A stretch of DNA of 64,000 nt from the human T2T-CHM13v2.0 reference genome, Homo sapiens. The notes beneath the pieces were generated by a model. The model was not told the DNA's origin and searched no databases. It saw only the letters and a list, made by a program, of their open reading frames with translations. The translations under genes and the position numbers were made by a program. Below are positions 61,452 through 64,000 of this stretch, one piece after another (the stretch's first letter is position 1; every line of letters starts with the position of its first letter). Where the stretch lies: NCBI RefSeq assembly GCF_009914755.1, contig NC_060925.1. One strand, written 5' to 3'.

Positions 61452-62296
61452 TTAAGGGAATCTATTACCTTGCAAGAAATGTTAAAAGAAGTTCTTTAGA
61501 GAGAAGGGAAACAAAATATAGATCAGAAACCAGGATCTACATAAGGAAGGAAAAGCATTGGAGAATAAATTAGTGAAGGTAAAGTAAAAACTTTCATTTT
61601 TAAATTTTAGTTGATCTAAGAGATAAGTTGTTCAGCATAATAGCAACAATGTATTTGATTATGTGTGTCATATATAACTGTGTATAAATATATATACACA
61701 CACATACATACACTTAGATATGCTTATGTGTAAGTGAAATTAATGACAGCAATGATATAAGGGACAAGAAGGAAGAATTAGGATTATCTTCTTATTATAA
61801 GGTACTCATACTACCTGTGAAGTAGTATAGTGTTATTTGAAAGTGGACTTGGGTTAGTTGTATGTTATAAATTCTAGAGCTACTAGAAAAAATAGAAAGA
61901 AGTACAACTGATACCCTAAGAAAGGAGGACAACAGAATCATATAAAATGCTCAATTAAAGTCACAAAAGGCATAAAAAGCATGGAAGACAAAAATAGCAA
62001 CAAAGAACAACTAATAGAAAACAGTAATAAATATGGTAGATATCAATCCAATTATATTAATAATCACTTTAGACATCAATGGTTTAAATGCACCAATTAA
62101 AAAAGAATGTCCAAATTGGTCAAAGTTGAACAAAACCCAACTATATGTTGTCTACAAGAAGCCCACTTTAAATATAAAGACACATGTAAATTAAAAGTAA
62201 ATGGATGGAGAAGGATGTAACATGCTAACATTAATCAAAAGAAAGTGAGAGTAGCTAAATTAATTTCAGACAGCACATACTTCAGAGTAAGGGAAG

Positions 62297-62676
62297 TGTA
62301 TTAGTCTGTTCTCATGCTGCTATAAAGACATACCTGCGACTGGGTAATCTATAAAGAAAAGAGATTTAATTGATTCACCATTCTACATGGCTGGGGAGGC
62401 TTCAGGATACTTACAATTATGGCAGAAGGTAAAGGGGAAGCAAGGCACATCTTACATGGCTGGAGAAGGAAGAGAGAGTGAGGCAGGAGGTGCTAAACAC
62501 TTTCGAACAACTGGATCTTGTGAGAACTCTATCACCAGACAGCACTAGGGGCATGGAGCTAAACCATTAGAAACCACCCCCATGATCCAATCACCTTCCA
62601 CCAGGCCCCACCTTCAACACTCGGGATCACAATTCAACATGAGATTTGGGTGGGGACAGAGAGTCAAATCATATCA
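62297..62676 (-). mobile_element. MSTA-type solo LTR
   Basis: tgtattagtctgttctcatgctgctataaag ... caaatcatatca; TSD ggaa(g/c). Confidence 0.88.
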
Positions 62677-63107
62677 GGAACTTATCCAGGATAAAGAGGA
62701 ACATTATTTAATGATTAAAAAGGTCAATTCTCCAAGAAGAAAAAACAATCTTTAATATGTATGTGCCTAAAAAAAGAATGTCAAAATATGTGAGGCAAAA
62801 ATTGATACAACTGCAAGGAGGAGTAGGTGAAATTCACTGTTATCATTGCAGATTTTAATACCCCTCTATCAGCAGTGGACAGGTCCAGCAGGCAGAAAAT
62901 CAGTGAGGACATAGTTGAACTCCACACCACCATAAACCAGCCAGATATAGTGGATATCTATAGACTACTTCACCCAACAACAGCAGATTACACATTCTTC
63001 TCAAGCTCTCATGGAATGTTAATCAAGAGAGACCACATTCTGGGCCATAAAACACAAATTAACAAACATGAAAGAATAGAAATCATGCAATGTATGCTCT
63101 CAGACCC

Positions 63108-63558
63108 TGATATGGTTTGGCTCTGTGTCCCCACCCAAATCTCATGTTGACTTGTGATCCCAAGTGTTGGAGGAGGGGCCTTGTGGGAGGTGATTGGATC
63201 ATCGGGGTAGTTTCTGATGGTTTAGCACCATACCCCTAGTGCTGTCTCATGATAGAGTTCTCACAAGATCTGGTTGTTTGAAAGTGTATAACATTTCCCC
63301 CTGTGCTCTCTCTCTCTCTCTCTCTCACTCTTGCTCTCTCCCTCCCTCCCTCCTTCTTTCTCTCTCTCTCCCCCACTCACTGTGGTAAGACATGTCTTGC
63401 TTCCCCTTCACCTTCCGCCGTGATTGTAAGTTTCCTGAGGCCTCCCAGCCATACTTCCTGTATAGCTTGTGGAACTGCAAGTCAATTAAATCTCATTTCT
63501 TCATAAATTACCCAGTCTCAGGTATTTCCTTATAGTTGTGTGAGAACGGACTAATACA
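63108..63558 (+). mobile_element. MSTA-type solo LTR with (CT)n expansion
   Basis: tgatatggtttggctctgtgtccccacccaaatctc ... ggactaataca; perfect TSD gaccc. Confidence 0.9.
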
Positions 63559-64000
63559 GACCCTAATGGAATTAAACTAGAAATCAGTAACAGAAAGATA
63601 GCTGGAAAACTCCCAAATACTTGGAGATTAAACAACAGACTTGTAAACACAAAAGTCAAAGAAGAAATCGCAAGAGAAATTTCAAAATATTTTGAACTAA
63701 ATGAAAGTGAAGATACAACTTATCAAAATTTGTTGGAAAGTGGTTCTTTGAAGGACATTTATAGCATTGAATGCATATATTAGAAGAGAAGAAAGACGGG
63801 AAGCATTGGTGAGTGTCTGAAGGGAGAAAAACCCCTGAAGGCAGCTTGAAACAAAGAGAGGGGATTGGGACTAACAACCCCAGCCCACAAAATCGTGCTA
63901 TTTATCTCAGCCAAAGGAGATGCAAAACCAGAGTGGCTGTTCTGCACCACCATGCTGTATGAGGCAGAGTCCATGAGTCTTCTGGGCATGAACCCCTAGC

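Overview
Human (primate) genomic DNA, AT-rich and dense in repeats, lying wholly inside the + strand gene CCDC30. Seven internal coding exons (1660-1797, 7896-8065, 18637-18886, 28777-28956, 39516-39725, 43856-44010, 51818-51980) splice GT-AG in frame into 422 codons of coiled-coil protein; the start and stop codons are outside the window. The short exons are mostly missed or mis-framed by the ORF track, whose other ORFs are largely Alu/L1/LTR read-throughs. The introns hold about 40 Alu-family elements (one a near-consensus human-specific AluYb8), a 5 kb 5'-truncated L1PA, a twin-primed inverted L1MA, older L1M/L2/hAT remnants, an HSMAR2 mariner remnant, a full-length MST (MaLR) provirus in a four-level nest, a decayed OSTC retrocopy and a U6-L1 chimera. 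The two most unusual structures are (i) the U6-L1 chimera, whose target-site duplication also encloses an older Alu monomer, a second poly(A) signal and a second A-tail (candidate U6 + L1 + 3' transduction), and (ii) a cluster of locally templated insertions in the L1M at 59.4-62.1 kb, where two neighbouring Alus carry copies (one inverted, one direct) of adjacent segments of their host L1, next to a 26-bp fold-back. I see no evidence of a new protein-coding system. Gene and repeat-family names come from recalled sequences, not from a database search, and repeat boundaries are approximate unless a TSD is quoted.
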